From Anaerolineales bacterium (GTDB lineage Bacteria; Chloroflexota; Anaerolineae; Anaerolineales; E44-bin32), in the NCBI GenBank assembly GCA_037379555.1, contig JARRJK010000014.1, positions 1 to 58,552 of the forward strand: DNA of 58,552 nucleotides. The letters are read 5' to 3'. Both the position numbers and the translations under genes were made by a program. The notes beneath the pieces were generated by a model. The model was not told where the DNA came from, made no database searches, and was given only the letters and a program-made list of their open reading frames with translations. This document shows positions 9,456-19,840 of this stretch, in pieces (position 1 is the stretch's first letter; each line of letters opens with the position of its first letter).

Positions 9456-11879
9456 TTACTCATAAGAAAGCACTTCCTGAATCGTCAGCCGGGCGGCATT
9501 GCGCGCCGGCAGGATGCTGGCGAAGAATGACAGGGCGACGACGGTGCCCAGCCAGATGGCGATGCCGAGCGGGGTGAAGACGAGCACCAGCTTCGACCCC
9601 ATCATCGCCTCACCGATGATGCGCAGCAGAAAGGCGCTGATCGGGAAGGAAAGCCCAATCGCCAGCACCCAGGTGATCAAGCCGATGATCAAAGCCTCTA
9701 CCACAACGGCCTGCATCACCACCCGGTCCACGGCGCCAATCGCCCGCATCACGCCGATCTCGCGCGTGCGTTCGAGCACGTTCATGCCCATCGTCCCCGT
9801 CAGCCCGATGCTGCCGACAAAGGCCGTTAAAAGGGCCATGATCAGCAGGAAGACGACCAGGATGTTGATCGCCTCGGTCGTGTCCTTGCGCAGGGTCTCG
9901 CCCGTCGCCACGCTGCTGACCTCGAAGCCGCGATCCCTCAGGTAGTCATCGATCGCCAGGCTGAGGCCTCCCAGGGCCTGCACATCGTGGGTGTCGGTGA
10001 CCAGTTTGAAAGAGGCTGCCTGGTTGGGGAGCTTGACCAGCTGGGAGATCTGGTCGAAATCGGCGTATGCGATCGGGTCACCCAGCATGCTCACAAAACG
10101 GAATACGCCCACAACCGTGAACGGACGCTCCCGGTTGCCCGGAATCTTGATCCTCAGCGCATCGCCAGGCTGCAGGTCCGGATACCACTCGTAGATCGAA
10201 TCTGACACCACGAGCGCATCGCGCTCACCCGCCTGGATCCAGCGCCCGGCAACCAGGTCCGGATTGAGCAGGAAGGTGTCCGAGGGCGGCGCGATGATCG
10301 AGATGTTGACCACCAGCTCGTCGTGCGCATCCAGGATCTCGCCTCCCGCCCCACCCCAGGCTTCGATTCCGGCCACGCCCGGGAAGGGCTCCAAGACCTG
10401 CTTCACCCGGCCGATGGAGTATGGCTGGCTGAACCCGATGGTGATATCGCCCATGAAGTACTGCATCAACTGGTCCATGAAGTTGTCGAGTGAGGCGCGC
10501 ACGTTGAACACGCCGATGAATACGCTTCCTGCAATCGTAAGCGTGAAGATGGTGAGCAGCAGCCGGCCCTTCTTGCGGAATGTATTGCGGATGGAAAGCA
10601 AGAGCGGCCTCGAGGTCCAGCGCATGCGGGCGACGATCCGGTTGAGCACATCGAGCTCGGTCGGCTTGTCCCCCGAGCGGTCGTCGCTGATCGCCCGGCG
10701 CACATTGATGCGTGAACCCTTATTGACCGGGAAAAAGCCCGCCCCGAGCGGCAGCAGGAACGCGATCAGCGCCTGCACGAAAATAGCCAGGGGAACGATG
10801 CGGAAGCCCTGCAGTTTAGCGCCCATCATATTCGCGACGAATTCAGCCAGCCCGTAGCCGGCGATCGCCCCCAGCGGGACGGTGATCACCAACGCGATCA
10901 GGCCGTAGGCCAGGATCAGGGCAAGGTACATCGCCATGATCTGCCGGCTTCGGCCGCCGACGAGCTTCATCACGCCAATCTGGCGCAGGTGTTGGGTGAG
11001 CAGTGCGTTGAGCGTGTTGATGATGAGCGAACTGCTGAGCACTGTGATCAACCCGCCCAGCACGCCCAGCACGCCCAGCACCGCCAGCACCGTGGAGGCC
11101 ATCGAGTTTTCGGTCGACAGGTTGGTATCGGTGCGGTAATGGGCGATCCCGTTGCGGTCCAGCCGCTCCTCGACCGTCGCCGCTACCTGGCGGATGTATT
11201 CCTCATTCCCGCCATCGCCCTGGACTGTCGCCAGCAGGTGGTTGTACGCTTCAGGCACGCCGTATTGGCGCAGCGTATCGAAGGTGACATAAGCGTTGGC
11301 GCCCGATTCGGGGTCGATGCCGCCGTTGGTCCCCAGGTCTGTGACCACGCCGACCACGCTGAGTTCATGACGGGTGCCGTCCGGCAGCTCGATCTCGACC
11401 CGGTCGCCAACCTGGAAGCCGGTGTCATTCAGGAAGTCCTGGCTGACGACAAGCTGGTCCTCGTCGGGCACAGTCACGCCATCGATAGCCGTCAGGGTGT
11501 TGATGACGCTGCCCTGATAATCACCCTTCGCCACCAGGTTGACGTGCTGCCACTGCCCATCAGGCTTACGAGCACGGATCGCCCACACCAGCTGGCCTTC
11601 GACATCTTCCACCCCCTGCGTACGGGCGATGATCCGGACCAGGTCTTCGTGGAAGGGTTCTGTTGCGACGTCAATGTTGACCGGGTTGACAGCCGCGTAG
11701 CTGATGTTGATATCCGAGCCGAGAATGTCATAGGTGGCGATGACCATGCCAATGGCGAATACGCCGACGGCGATGGAGGCGATCACCAGCAGAGTGCGCA
11801 GCTTGCTGTCCCACAGGTCGGACAGCACCTTGCGCCAGCGCGGTTTCAAGCCGCCGGGCAGCTGGCCTCCGTTCAGCAT
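9456..11879 (-). CDS. MacB/FtsX-like ABC permease (duplicated)
   Basis: RWRKVLSDLW..KLRTLL; two FtsX segments (RQIGVMKLVGG and ERTREIGVMRAIGA); PARNAARL. Confidence 0.9.
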   Translation of the reverse strand: MLNGGQLPGGLKPRWRKVLSDLWDSKLRTLLVIASIAVGVFAIGMVIATYDILGSDINISYAAVNPVNIDVATEPFHEDLVRIIARTQGVEDVEGQLVWAIRARKPDGQWQHVNLVAKGDYQGSVINTLTAIDGVTVPDEDQLVVSQDFLNDTGFQVGDRVEIELPDGTRHELSVVGVVTDLGTNGGIDPESGANAYVTFDTLRQYGVPEAYNHLLATVQGDGGNEEYIRQVAATVEERLDRNGIAHYRTDTNLSTENSMASTVLAVLGVLGVLGGLITVLSSSLIINTLNALLTQHLRQIGVMKLVGGRSRQIMAMYLALILAYGLIALVITVPLGAIAGYGLAEFVANMMGAKLQGFRIVPLAIFVQALIAFLLPLGAGFFPVNKGSRINVRRAISDDRSGDKPTELDVLNRIVARMRWTSRPLLLSIRNTFRKKGRLLLTIFTLTIAGSVFIGVFNVRASLDNFMDQLMQYFMGDITIGFSQPYSIGRVKQVLEPFPGVAGIEAWGGAGGEILDAHDELVVNISIIAPPSDTFLLNPDLVAGRWIQAGERDALVVSDSIYEWYPDLQPGDALRIKIPGNRERPFTVVGVFRFVSMLGDPIAYADFDQISQLVKLPNQAASFKLVTDTHDVQALGGLSLAIDDYLRDRGFEVSSVATGETLRKDTTEAINILVVFLLIMALLTAFVGSIGLTGTMGMNVLERTREIGVMRAIGAVDRVVMQAVVVEALIIGLITWVLAIGLSFPISAFLLRIIGEAMMGSKLVLVFTPLGIAIWLGTVVALSFFASILPARNAARLTIQEVLSYE

Positions 11880-13834
11880 CCGCCGTTCACCTTGCGGCGG
11901 TTTTCTTCGAAGCGGGCGTTCGCCACATCATTCAAGCGGTTGCGTGTCAGCGGCGATCCGTCGATCAGGTCGAAGAAGGAGGCGCGCGGCAGCATCGCCA
12001 GCGTCGCACCTTTCGCAGAAGCGCGCACACCGGCGATCGAGTTCCCGCCGCGCGTGAGCTCAACCTCGCCGAAGAACTGACCCACGCCCAGTGATGCCAG
12101 GCTGATCTCGCCGCAGCTTGTATTCTGAACAATGATCTCGACCGCGCCCTCCACGACCATGCAGAAGTGTTCGACCGGTTCCCCCTGGCGCAGGATCAAG
12201 CTGCCGGGAGCGAATTCTCGTTTGGTTGCTGCGTGAGTGGCCGCCAGCATCTCCGGATGCGACAGCTGCGGCAGCGCACGGGCGATCGCCGAATCGATGA
12301 TCTCGCCATCGGAGAGAATCACGGTCTGGTCAGTGCGCTTGGTGATCGCCGGATCGTGGGTGACGATCAGGATCGTCTTGCCTTCGTCCGCCAGCTCTTC
12401 GAACAGGTCGAGCACAACGTCGGCCGAGCGCGAATCGAGATTGCCGGTGGGCTCATCGGCCAGGATGATCGAGGGATCGTTTGCCAGCGCACGGGCTACG
12501 GCGGCGCACTGCTGCTGCCCGCTGGAGACCGAGCCGGGAAGCTTGTGCACGTGGTCCTCGAGCCCGACCCGCTTCAGCAGCTCCAGCGCGCGATCCATGC
12601 GTTCCCCGAACGGATACACGTTGCAGTAATCCATCGGCAGCATCGTGTTCTCAAGCAGCGTCAGCGTCGGCAGCAGCTGGAAGAACTGAAAGACCACGCC
12701 CATGTTGCGCCCGCGCCACAGCGCACGCTGGCTCTCGGTCATGTCATAGATCCGTTCATTTCCGACGACGACCTCGCCGCCGGTTGGATGATCGATGCCA
12801 GTGATCATGTTGATCAGCGTCGACTTTCCGCTGCCCGACTTGCCGACGATCGAAATGAACTGCCCATACTTGAGCTGCATGCTGATCGATTTCAGGGCCA
12901 CGAACTTCCCGGCCGGGCTTTCATAGACTTTATCGACAGCTCGCATCAGAACCGCCGGGTAATCCCCGTGCCCGTTGGACCTTGGGCTTTTTGCGTTCAC
13001 CCTCTGGATTGGCTTGGCTGTAGGCTGCTCGTCCGAAAGATCGATGGCTTTTCCAGCCGGGTCATCCAGAACACGGGCGCCCGCATAACGTCCGCTTGCC
13101 GTGCCATTTCCGTTCGGGCTTCCGAACGCGCCGTCAATGATGTGCAGGCGGCGCGAGAAGCGCGGCGCAAGGCTTTCATCGTGGGTGACCATCACGACCG
13201 TCTTGCCATCCCCGACCAGGCGTTCGAAGATCTGCAAGATGGTCTCGGCCGTGACAGTGTCCAGGTTGCCTGTGGGTTCATCGGCGATGATCAACAGCGG
13301 ATCATTGACCAGAGCCCGGGCGATCGCTACGCGCTGTTTCTGCCCACCGGAGATATGCGCCGGGATCTTATAGGCGTGCTCGGCGATCTCGACCTGCTCG
13401 AGCAGTGAGAGGGCCTTCTCCTTGCTGATCACCGGATGGTAGGTGCCGAGGAAATCGGGCGGCAGCATCACATTTTCGAGCAGTGTCAAGGATGGCATCA
13501 GCTCGAAGGATTGGTAGACGATGCCCACGTTTTTCCCGCGCCAGCCCGCCCGCGCATCCTCGTCCAGGGAGTGAATGGAGACGGCTGCGTTGCCATTCCC
13601 GTTGTGCCCAAAGTAGGTTACCTCGCCGGCCGTAAGCCGGCTGACACCCGAGATCATATTCAGCAGCGTGGTCTTCCCGGCGCCTGATTTTCCGGTGATT
13701 CCGAGGAATTCGCCCTGGTTGATCTCGAGATTGATGTCACGCAGCGCGACGAAAGGTCCATCGCCGGTGGCGTAGGCTTTCTGTACATTCTTCATTTGTA
13801 TCAGTACGTCGTGCGGTTCGTTCTTGAGATTCAT
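11873..13834 (-). CDS. ABC ATPase with two tandem LolD/MacB-type NBDs and a C-terminal cNMP-binding-like domain
   Basis: Walker A GKSGAGKT and GKSGSGKS; ADEPTGNLD twice; C-terminal ILRQGE..FCMVVEG.V..FFGE. Confidence 0.85.
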   Translation of the reverse strand: MNLKNEPHDVLIQMKNVQKAYATGDGPFVALRDINLEINQGEFLGITGKSGAGKTTLLNMISGVSRLTAGEVTYFGHNGNGNAAVSIHSLDEDARAGWRGKNVGIVYQSFELMPSLTLLENVMLPPDFLGTYHPVISKEKALSLLEQVEIAEHAYKIPAHISGGQKQRVAIARALVNDPLLIIADEPTGNLDTVTAETILQIFERLVGDGKTVVMVTHDESLAPRFSRRLHIIDGAFGSPNGNGTASGRYAGARVLDDPAGKAIDLSDEQPTAKPIQRVNAKSPRSNGHGDYPAVLMRAVDKVYESPAGKFVALKSISMQLKYGQFISIVGKSGSGKSTLINMITGIDHPTGGEVVVGNERIYDMTESQRALWRGRNMGVVFQFFQLLPTLTLLENTMLPMDYCNVYPFGERMDRALELLKRVGLEDHVHKLPGSVSSGQQQCAAVARALANDPSIILADEPTGNLDSRSADVVLDLFEELADEGKTILIVTHDPAITKRTDQTVILSDGEIIDSAIARALPQLSHPEMLAATHAATKREFAPGSLILRQGEPVEHFCMVVEGAVEIIVQNTSCGEISLASLGVGQFFGEVELTRGGNSIAGVRASAKGATLAMLPRASFFDLIDGSPLTRNRLNDVANARFEENRRKVNGGC

Positions 13835-13850
13835 ATGGCTCAACACGGAT

Positions 13851-14324
13851 TTATGAGGCCCACTCCGAATTCTTTTCGGCCAGGGTCTCAAGATATACAA
13901 TCATCGCCGACATCAATCGAATGAGGGTTCGACTGTCCTCTTCTCCCAGATGATCAACAACCCCCACCAGGCTTTCATGCGCTTCGCGCAGCAGCACCTC
14001 CGCCAGTTTCTTCCCCTTCGGCGTCAGACCGACCAGCACCATGCGTCGGTCGTTCAAGTCCGGCAGGCGGTGGATGTAACCTGCTTCCTCGAGCGGATTG
14101 ATCAGATGCGTGACTCCGGCCGGGGTGATCTGCATCTGATTGCTCAGGTCGGAAGGCGTCACACCCTGCGCGCCGTCGCTCAGCATCAATTCCAGCGTGA
14201 CGAGGAATTCGAACTCGCTGCGCTTCAAGCCTTGAAAATCCTTCTTTTCCCACCGCAGTCTCGAAAACTGCTTCAAGAGCTGGAACAACTCGCGCGTGAT
14301 CTCGGTTGACGATGAATCGAGCAT
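13851..14324 (-). CDS. MarR family transcriptional regulator
   Basis: wHTH TPSDLS...VTHLINPLEEAGYI.R..D..DRR..V.LTPKG. Confidence 0.9.
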   Translation of the reverse strand: MLDSSSTEITRELFQLLKQFSRLRWEKKDFQGLKRSEFEFLVTLELMLSDGAQGVTPSDLSNQMQITPAGVTHLINPLEEAGYIHRLPDLNDRRMVLVGLTPKGKKLAEVLLREAHESLVGVVDHLGEEDSRTLIRLMSAMIVYLETLAEKNSEWAS

Positions 14325-14685
14325 GCGTGCTCCGCCTTTAATTGAGGGGATAAATATTTGACCGACTAAAGCATTGTAACCTCATGCGCGTGGAGTTTCC
14401 AGATGCTCTCACCTTTTGTTAAGAAATCGTAAGGGTTCGAGGAAAGCACGCGCGAAGGCAAACAGCAGCTGCTCTTTGGGTTCATTCAGGTCCGGTTTGT
14501 TGTTCGTACAGCAGTCCGGACGCGAGCAGCACCACTTCGAATGCGGGTAGATCGCCAGGTTCCTGCGGGGGCTCGCCAGAAGCTCCCCGAGGCGAAATGC
14601 CCCCTCTAGCCTGCCGCTGCGACCTCAGGTGGGGAAGCAATCCTGTCAACTTCGCATGCAGTATATCTGCGCCAGGAATGCGAAG

Positions 14686-14694
14686 TGGTACAAT
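14686..14694 (+). promoter_or_regulatory. Extended -10 promoter candidate for the carD-like gene
   Basis: TG-G-TACAAT about 120 nt upstream of the ATG. Confidence 0.5.
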
Positions 14695-14731
14695 TAAACT
14701 AATCGTGTAGCCGGTTCCGTGCGCATCGACT

Positions 14732-14767
14732 GCCGCCAGATCCTCCTATGAGATCGGCGGCCTTTTC
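14732..14767 (+). promoter_or_regulatory. Terminator-like hairpin in the carD leader
   Basis: GCCGCC-a-GATC...GATC-GGCGGC followed by CTTTTCT. Confidence 0.45.
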
Positions 14768-14814
14768 TATCAGCGTGGAACCTCCCAAACAGTTCGGAGA
14801 ATTGAAGGGCTGGC

Positions 14815-15318
14815 ATGGAATTCGAGATCAATGAATGGGCAGTCCATCCCCGGCACGGCGTCGGGCGCATCGTTAAGGTGGAGGCGAAACACTTCGACGG
14901 AGGTCCTGAACGCCAGTATTACCGGCTCGAGATCCCAACCGGGACTGTCTGGATTCCGGTCGATAGTTCGCCCGGCGGGCTGCGAAGACTCTTCGCGAAG
15001 AAAGACATCGCCGCCTACCGAGATCTCCTTCGCAGCCGTCCGACGCCTCTAGAGACCGATCACCGGCAGCGCCAGATCACCCTGACAGCCCGTCAGAAGC
15101 AAGGTTCTTTTAAATCCCGATGCGAACTGGTGCGTGATTTAACGGCTTTCGGCTGGAAGAAAAGTCTGAACGAAATTACGAGCGTCATGTTGCAGGGCGC
15201 TCGCCACGCGCTTTGTGCAGAGTGGGCCGCGGTGGAGGGATTGTCAATCGATAAAGCCAGGATGGAAGTCGATGCATTGCTGCTGGAGGGCAGGAAGACC
15301 TACGAGCAGAGGAGCTGA
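14815..15318 (+). CDS. carD: CarD family transcriptional regulator
   Basis: VHPRHGVGRI, YYRL, VWIPV, GLRRL, C-terminal helical domain ending L.AEWA. Confidence 0.8.
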   Translation: MEFEINEWAVHPRHGVGRIVKVEAKHFDGGPERQYYRLEIPTGTVWIPVDSSPGGLRRLFAKKDIAAYRDLLRSRPTPLETDHRQRQITLTARQKQGSFKSRCELVRDLTAFGWKKSLNEITSVMLQGARHALCAEWAAVEGLSIDKARMEVDALLLEGRKTYEQRS

Positions 15319-15399
15319 CCACGGGCCAGCCCCGCTGCATCCCTCGCGCCTCAGTTCATCCCCGGCCAATACACCGGACACACCGAAAAGGTTATCAAG

Positions 15400-16599
15400 T
15401 CAGTCTGAATAATGCGCCGACCGCTGTTGTATTCGCGCTCTTGGCTGCCGGGCTGGCTGTGGATAATCAGGTTTCGGGGTACCGTAGTTAAAATCGGGCA
15501 GTGTCGTCCGAGGAAGTTTTGCCTTCATGATCTTCTCGATTTCACGGACCATGGCCTGATCGTCTGGTGTGACGAGAGTAAAAGCCTCCCCCGTTCGTTC
15601 AGCCCTGCCGGTTCGGCCGATGCGGTGAATGTACGCATCAGCTGTGTCGGGCATATCGTAGTTGATCACGTGCGAAATGCTCTCGATGTCCAGACCGCGT
15701 GCAGCAATATCCGTCGCTACCATGATCTGGAACCTGCCTTTCTTAAAGCCGCTCAGCGCTGATCGGCGCTGGCCCTGAGTCCGATCACCATGCAGTCCGG
15801 TTACCCGGTAGCCAGCAGCCGCGATTTGCTTCGCCAACCGCTGGGCGCGGTGTTTCGTGCGTGTGAATATCAAGACCGAATCCGTCTCGGTCTGTCTGAG
15901 CAGCCTGAGCAGCAGCCCCTTCTTCAGATGCTGTGGTACTGGATAGAGGGTGTGCGAGACCGTGTGCGCAGGCCGGGCATGTCCGATTGCAACCCGTTCA
16001 GGATTACGAAGGAACTGTGCGGCGAGCTCTTCGACTTTGCTTGGGAAGGTCGCTGAAAACAGCATGGTCTGGCGCCGGGCAGGCACGTAGCGCAGGATGC
16101 GCTTGATATCCGGCAGAAAGCCCATGTCCAGCATCCGATCGGCCTCATCCAGCACCAGGATCCCGATGTTATCAAGCCTGGCGTGCTTGTTCTGAATGTG
16201 ATCCAGGAGGCGTCCCGGGCAAGCCACGACGATATCCACGCCACGACGGAGTGCCTCGATTTGAGGTGCTGCGCCGACGCCACCGTACATCGCGGCACTT
16301 CGGATCTTCGTGCCGCGTGAGAGGATAGCGATGGTCTGGTGAATTTGATCGGCCAACTCACGCGTGGGCGTGATGACCAGGACTCGTGTCCCCTTGCCAG
16401 GGCTCGCAAGCAGCTTGTGCAGGATCGGCAATACAAAGACCGCTGTCTTTCCGGTGCCGGTCTGAGCAGTTCCGATCAGGTCGTGCCCTGCCAGAGCGAG
16501 CGGTATAGCTGCTGCCTGGATCGGGGTCGGGTTCTGGTAACCTGCGGCGTTTATGCCCGCAGTTAAACGGGAATCAAGATTGAACTGTTTGAAGTTCAT
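15400..16599 (-). CDS. DEAD-box RNA helicase (RhlE-like)
   Basis: Q motif PTPIQ, AQTGTGKT, PTRELA, DEAD, SAT, ARGLD, HRIGRTGR. Confidence 0.95.
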   Translation of the reverse strand: MNFKQFNLDSRLTAGINAAGYQNPTPIQAAAIPLALAGHDLIGTAQTGTGKTAVFVLPILHKLLASPGKGTRVLVITPTRELADQIHQTIAILSRGTKIRSAAMYGGVGAAPQIEALRRGVDIVVACPGRLLDHIQNKHARLDNIGILVLDEADRMLDMGFLPDIKRILRYVPARRQTMLFSATFPSKVEELAAQFLRNPERVAIGHARPAHTVSHTLYPVPQHLKKGLLLRLLRQTETDSVLIFTRTKHRAQRLAKQIAAAGYRVTGLHGDRTQGQRRSALSGFKKGRFQIMVATDIAARGLDIESISHVINYDMPDTADAYIHRIGRTGRAERTGEAFTLVTPDDQAMVREIEKIMKAKLPRTTLPDFNYGTPKPDYPQPARQPRARIQQRSAHYSD

Positions 16600-16708
16600 A
16601 ACGTTCTAATTACCTTATCTTCAGAAGTCAAGCGGATGTTAGGGGGATCGAGCGGAGCTCGAAGGAAACAGCGGCAACGACTGCTGGCTAGTGGGGTTGA
16701 TGGGTGGA

Positions 16709-16737
16709 ACGATAACCGATCATACCCCGCTTGTCAA
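16709..16737 (-). promoter_or_regulatory. Sigma70-type promoter of the DEAD-box helicase
   Basis: Minus strand TTGACA-17 bp-TATCGT. Confidence 0.7.
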
Positions 16738-16996
16738 GAAGCATCCTGGCCGCATGGGGGGAGGTGGAAGGGGATCGCAAGGAAGCAACCTGGCCACAGC
16801 GGACTCGAGTTCTACAAAGCTTGCGGTGTTCATTTCGCATCCTTTGCGACATGATCGACGGGAAGTATAGTTGGACCAAGGAGGGCGAACATTTGGAAGT
16901 CGAATTGGTACGAAATAGTTCCCTGCGGCAAGAACAACGGCGGCCGGGCTTGCATGCACACCGCCTGAGAATCCCGCGTCGAATGCCTGGTGTCAG

Positions 16997-17962
16997 ATGA
17001 AGGGATGCGGTTCAAAGTCTTTTTATCACATCATGCTGCTTGCTGGATGCATGATGATGTCCGCATGCGGCGGCTCGACTCATTCCCCACCAGCCGCTTC
17101 CCCGATCGCGTCAAAGGATGCACCCGAAGCAGCGGCCGCTGGCATCACGCAAACCAAGCCCACAGCTTCAACCCCAGCAGCCCCCACTCCAACGCAAATT
17201 CCTGCTTCCGCTTCTCCGACGATCTCCCCCTCCCCAACGATCACCCCCACGCCGACGCTGCTGCCCGGACCGGCCCCGTCGATGGAGCCGATCGGCGTCC
17301 ACTTCATCGAACACGGCGATCGGGAGAAGCCGCTGGTCGCGCTCACGTTCGACCTGTGCCAGGCGCCTACAAATCCGTCGGGGTTCGATCAAGGGATCTA
17401 CGCGGCGCTGGTTGAAGCCGGCGCTCCGGCGACCTTCTTTGTGGGCGGCGATTGGGCGCGCACCCACCCGGAAGAGACCCGGCAGCTGGCCGCCGTGCCG
17501 CTATTCGAGCTTGGCAACCACTCCTGGAGCCATCCCGATTTCCGTGAACTGGAAGAGCTCGATATGTCGCTGGAGATCCTGCGCACCCAGACGATGCTCT
17601 ATCAGCTCACAGGCAGCCAGCCGGCGCTCTTCCGTTTCCCGGCCGGAACCTACAACGCGCTCGCGCTGAGTGTCGCCGCCTGGCATGGCTTGCGTGCGAT
17701 CCAGTGGGATGTCGTCACCGCCGATCCGGTGCCCGACAACACGGCCGAGATGATCCTGGCCCGAGTGCAAGATCAGGTGCAGAATGGCTCGATCATCATC
17801 ATGCACGCGAACGGCCGCGGCTGGCATACGGCCGCGGCGCTGCCCGGTATGATCAGCTACCTGCGAGCTGAAGGCTACTGTCTGGTGACCGTCTCGCAGC
17901 TGCTTGGCCTGGAACCGCTCCCCGGCGGCTGCCCGGTGAGTTCACCGAAGTCCGCAAAATGA
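16997..17962 (+). CDS. Polysaccharide deacetylase (CE4/NodB) lipoprotein with Pro/Thr linker
   Basis: VALTFD, ATFF, GNHSWSHP, FRFPAG, W.V...D, IIIMH. Lipobox-like MSAC. Confidence 0.9.
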   Translation: MKGCGSKSFYHIMLLAGCMMMSACGGSTHSPPAASPIASKDAPEAAAAGITQTKPTASTPAAPTPTQIPASASPTISPSPTITPTPTLLPGPAPSMEPIGVHFIEHGDREKPLVALTFDLCQAPTNPSGFDQGIYAALVEAGAPATFFVGGDWARTHPEETRQLAAVPLFELGNHSWSHPDFRELEELDMSLEILRTQTMLYQLTGSQPALFRFPAGTYNALALSVAAWHGLRAIQWDVVTADPVPDNTAEMILARVQDQVQNGSIIIMHANGRGWHTAAALPGMISYLRAEGYCLVTVSQLLGLEPLPGGCPVSSPKSAK

Positions 17963-18120
17963 ACGCCGCTTAAGGCAGCGTGAGTCCCCCTCATTCTTAC
18001 CCGGAATCAGATCACTTTCTGGTTGGATGCGGGGCTGCTGCAGGCAAACCAGGCTTATGGGGTTATGTAAAGCGCCTGCAAATGTCGGTGTCGCAGTCTT
18101 TGTTTGACGGTTGAACTGGA

Positions 18121-18405
18121 TTACAGATCCTCAACCAGCTTGTCGAAGGCCTCGACCGACACCGCCGGCGCCGTCGTGAAACCGATGCCAAGCATCTTCG
18201 AAAGCGCGACGGAGGTCTTGATCGCCTCGTCTTTGCCCGGAAGTTCCACGATCAGGACCAGGTCCACATCGCCCAGCAGCGCGTAGGCTGAGACCAGCCT
18301 GCCGCCTTGCTTCTCGATCAGTTCCTTGGTCTTACCGGTCCTCTTCGCGCTGATGTCCTTGATCGATTCGTGCGTGTAGCGCCCAAACATGAAGAATGTA
18401 CCCAT
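18121..18405 (-). CDS. GYD domain protein
   Basis: 94 aa; YALLGDVDLVLIVELP. AGGAGG SD. Confidence 0.8.
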   Translation of the reverse strand: MGTFFMFGRYTHESIKDISAKRTGKTKELIEKQGGRLVSAYALLGDVDLVLIVELPGKDEAIKTSVALSKMLGIGFTTAPAVSVEAFDKLVEDL

Positions 18406-18685
18406 GCCCTCACCTCCTGGTATGTATGCTGTCCTGCTGGCTCATCCGTTGGTCGTCCTCGAGAAGAGCCTCTTCTACACTATACCGTTAATTCCTCATC
18501 GCGGAACCGGCATGGGGCAGCCTGTGCGCTGCTCTGTCAGCGGCCCACTCCCGCTCGCCGCGCTGATCAATTGGTTTTGCGAGAAATCACCAGCTGATGG
18601 GCAGGAATTCTTTGCTGCCCGGTGATTCACGGATTGCCCGTAAACACGGGAAAGCAGGGCAGGGCACGGAATAAGCAGGAGGCTT

Positions 18686-19840
18686 TTACACGCGGCGGAC
18701 GACGATCACGGCGCTGTCGTCGAACTGCGGGACATCGACCACAAACGAATCGATGTCCACAAGCAGGGCATCATGGACCGCCTGGGCCGCACTGCCGTGC
18801 TGGTGCTTCACCACTTGCATCAGGCGCTCGATCCCGTAGAAAGTCCCATGCTCATCGCATGCATCTGTCACCCCATCGGTGTAAAGCAGCAGGAGGCTTC
18901 CGGATTCGAGAAGCGCTTCACCCTGCTGCCAGGCCGCATCCGCGAGCACGCCTAGTGGTGGGCCGGTATTCGCCAGCATATCGATCCGCCCCACCTCGCG
19001 CTGAATGAGCAACGGCCCCGGATGGCCGGCATTCACATACTTGAGCTGGCCATTCTCCGGGTTGAGCACGCCGTAAAAGCATGTCAGGAACTGGTTGCCG
19101 CCCAGGTGCATGAGCAGGCGCCGGTTCACCTCCACCAGGACTTGCTCGGGGGAATCGGGATGCTGGGCGGCGTAGCTCCACAACAGGCTCCAACTCAGCG
19201 CCATGAGCAGCGCCGCCGGTACGCCTTTATCGACAACGTCGGCGACCAGCAGTCCCAGGCAACCGTTGGCCAGCCGGATGACATCATAGAAATCGCCCGA
19301 TGTCTCGCGTGCTGATCGCAATGAGGCGGCGAATTCCCATCCCGGCAGCCCTGGCAGGCTGCCGGGCAGGAAGCTGGACTGTACCTTACCAGCCAGCGTA
19401 AGCTCGCGCTGCATGCGTTCGTTGATTTTCTCCAGGCTGGATTGCAATCGATGTAAGGAAAGGTGCGTCTCTGTCCGCGCCAGGACTTCTTCGATCTGGA
19501 ATGGTTTGGTGATGTAATCCAGGCCGCCGGCAGTAAAAGCCTGGACCTTATCCTCCACGTGGTCTAACGCGCTGATGAAGAGGATCGGGATGTGCGCCGT
19601 CCGTGCGTCTCCCTTGAGCTGCGCGCAGACTTCATATCCGTCCATTCCGGGCATGCGGATGTCGAGCAGGATCAGGTCGGGTGGAGACGAGCGGGCAGAC
19701 TCGAGAGCCCGCATCCCGCTCGTGACTGTCCTGACGCCGTAGCCCTTTTCAGCCAGCGTCTGGGACAGCAAGCGTAAATTCGCCGGCTTGTCATCGACAA
19801 CCAGGATATCGGCAATCTTCCGGTCAGATTTTGCCTTCAT
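18686..19840 (-). CDS. Response regulator receiver fused to a PP2C/SpoIIE (RsbU-like) phosphatase
   Basis: [20 protein letters not shown]; then SGDFYD, ADVVDKG, NAGH, YTDG, DD. ATGA overlap with the kinase stop. Confidence 0.9.
   Translation of the reverse strand: MKAKSDRKIADILVVDDKPANLRLLSQTLAEKGYGVRTVTSGMRALESARSSPPDLILLDIRMPGMDGYEVCAQLKGDARTAHIPILFISALDHVEDKVQAFTAGGLDYITKPFQIEEVLARTETHLSLHRLQSSLEKINERMQRELTLAGKVQSSFLPGSLPGLPGWEFAASLRSARETSGDFYDVIRLANGCLGLLVADVVDKGVPAALLMALSWSLLWSYAAQHPDSPEQVLVEVNRRLLMHLGGNQFLTCFYGVLNPENGQLKYVNAGHPGPLLIQREVGRIDMLANTGPPLGVLADAAWQQGEALLESGSLLLLYTDGVTDACDEHGTFYGIERLMQVVKHQHGSAAQAVHDALLVDIDSFVVDVPQFDDSAVIVVRRV

Noticed and set aside
11055-11091. 9-bp tandem repeat CCCAGCACG
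   Set aside because: It encodes VLGVLGVLG within a TM helix of the permease; ordinary coding low complexity.
8118-13408. Long antisense ORFs (8118..9056, 10989..12080, 12167..13408; likewise 48694..50142)
   Set aside because: Shadow ORFs opposite well-supported genes, expected from high-GC codon bias, with no recognisable motifs.
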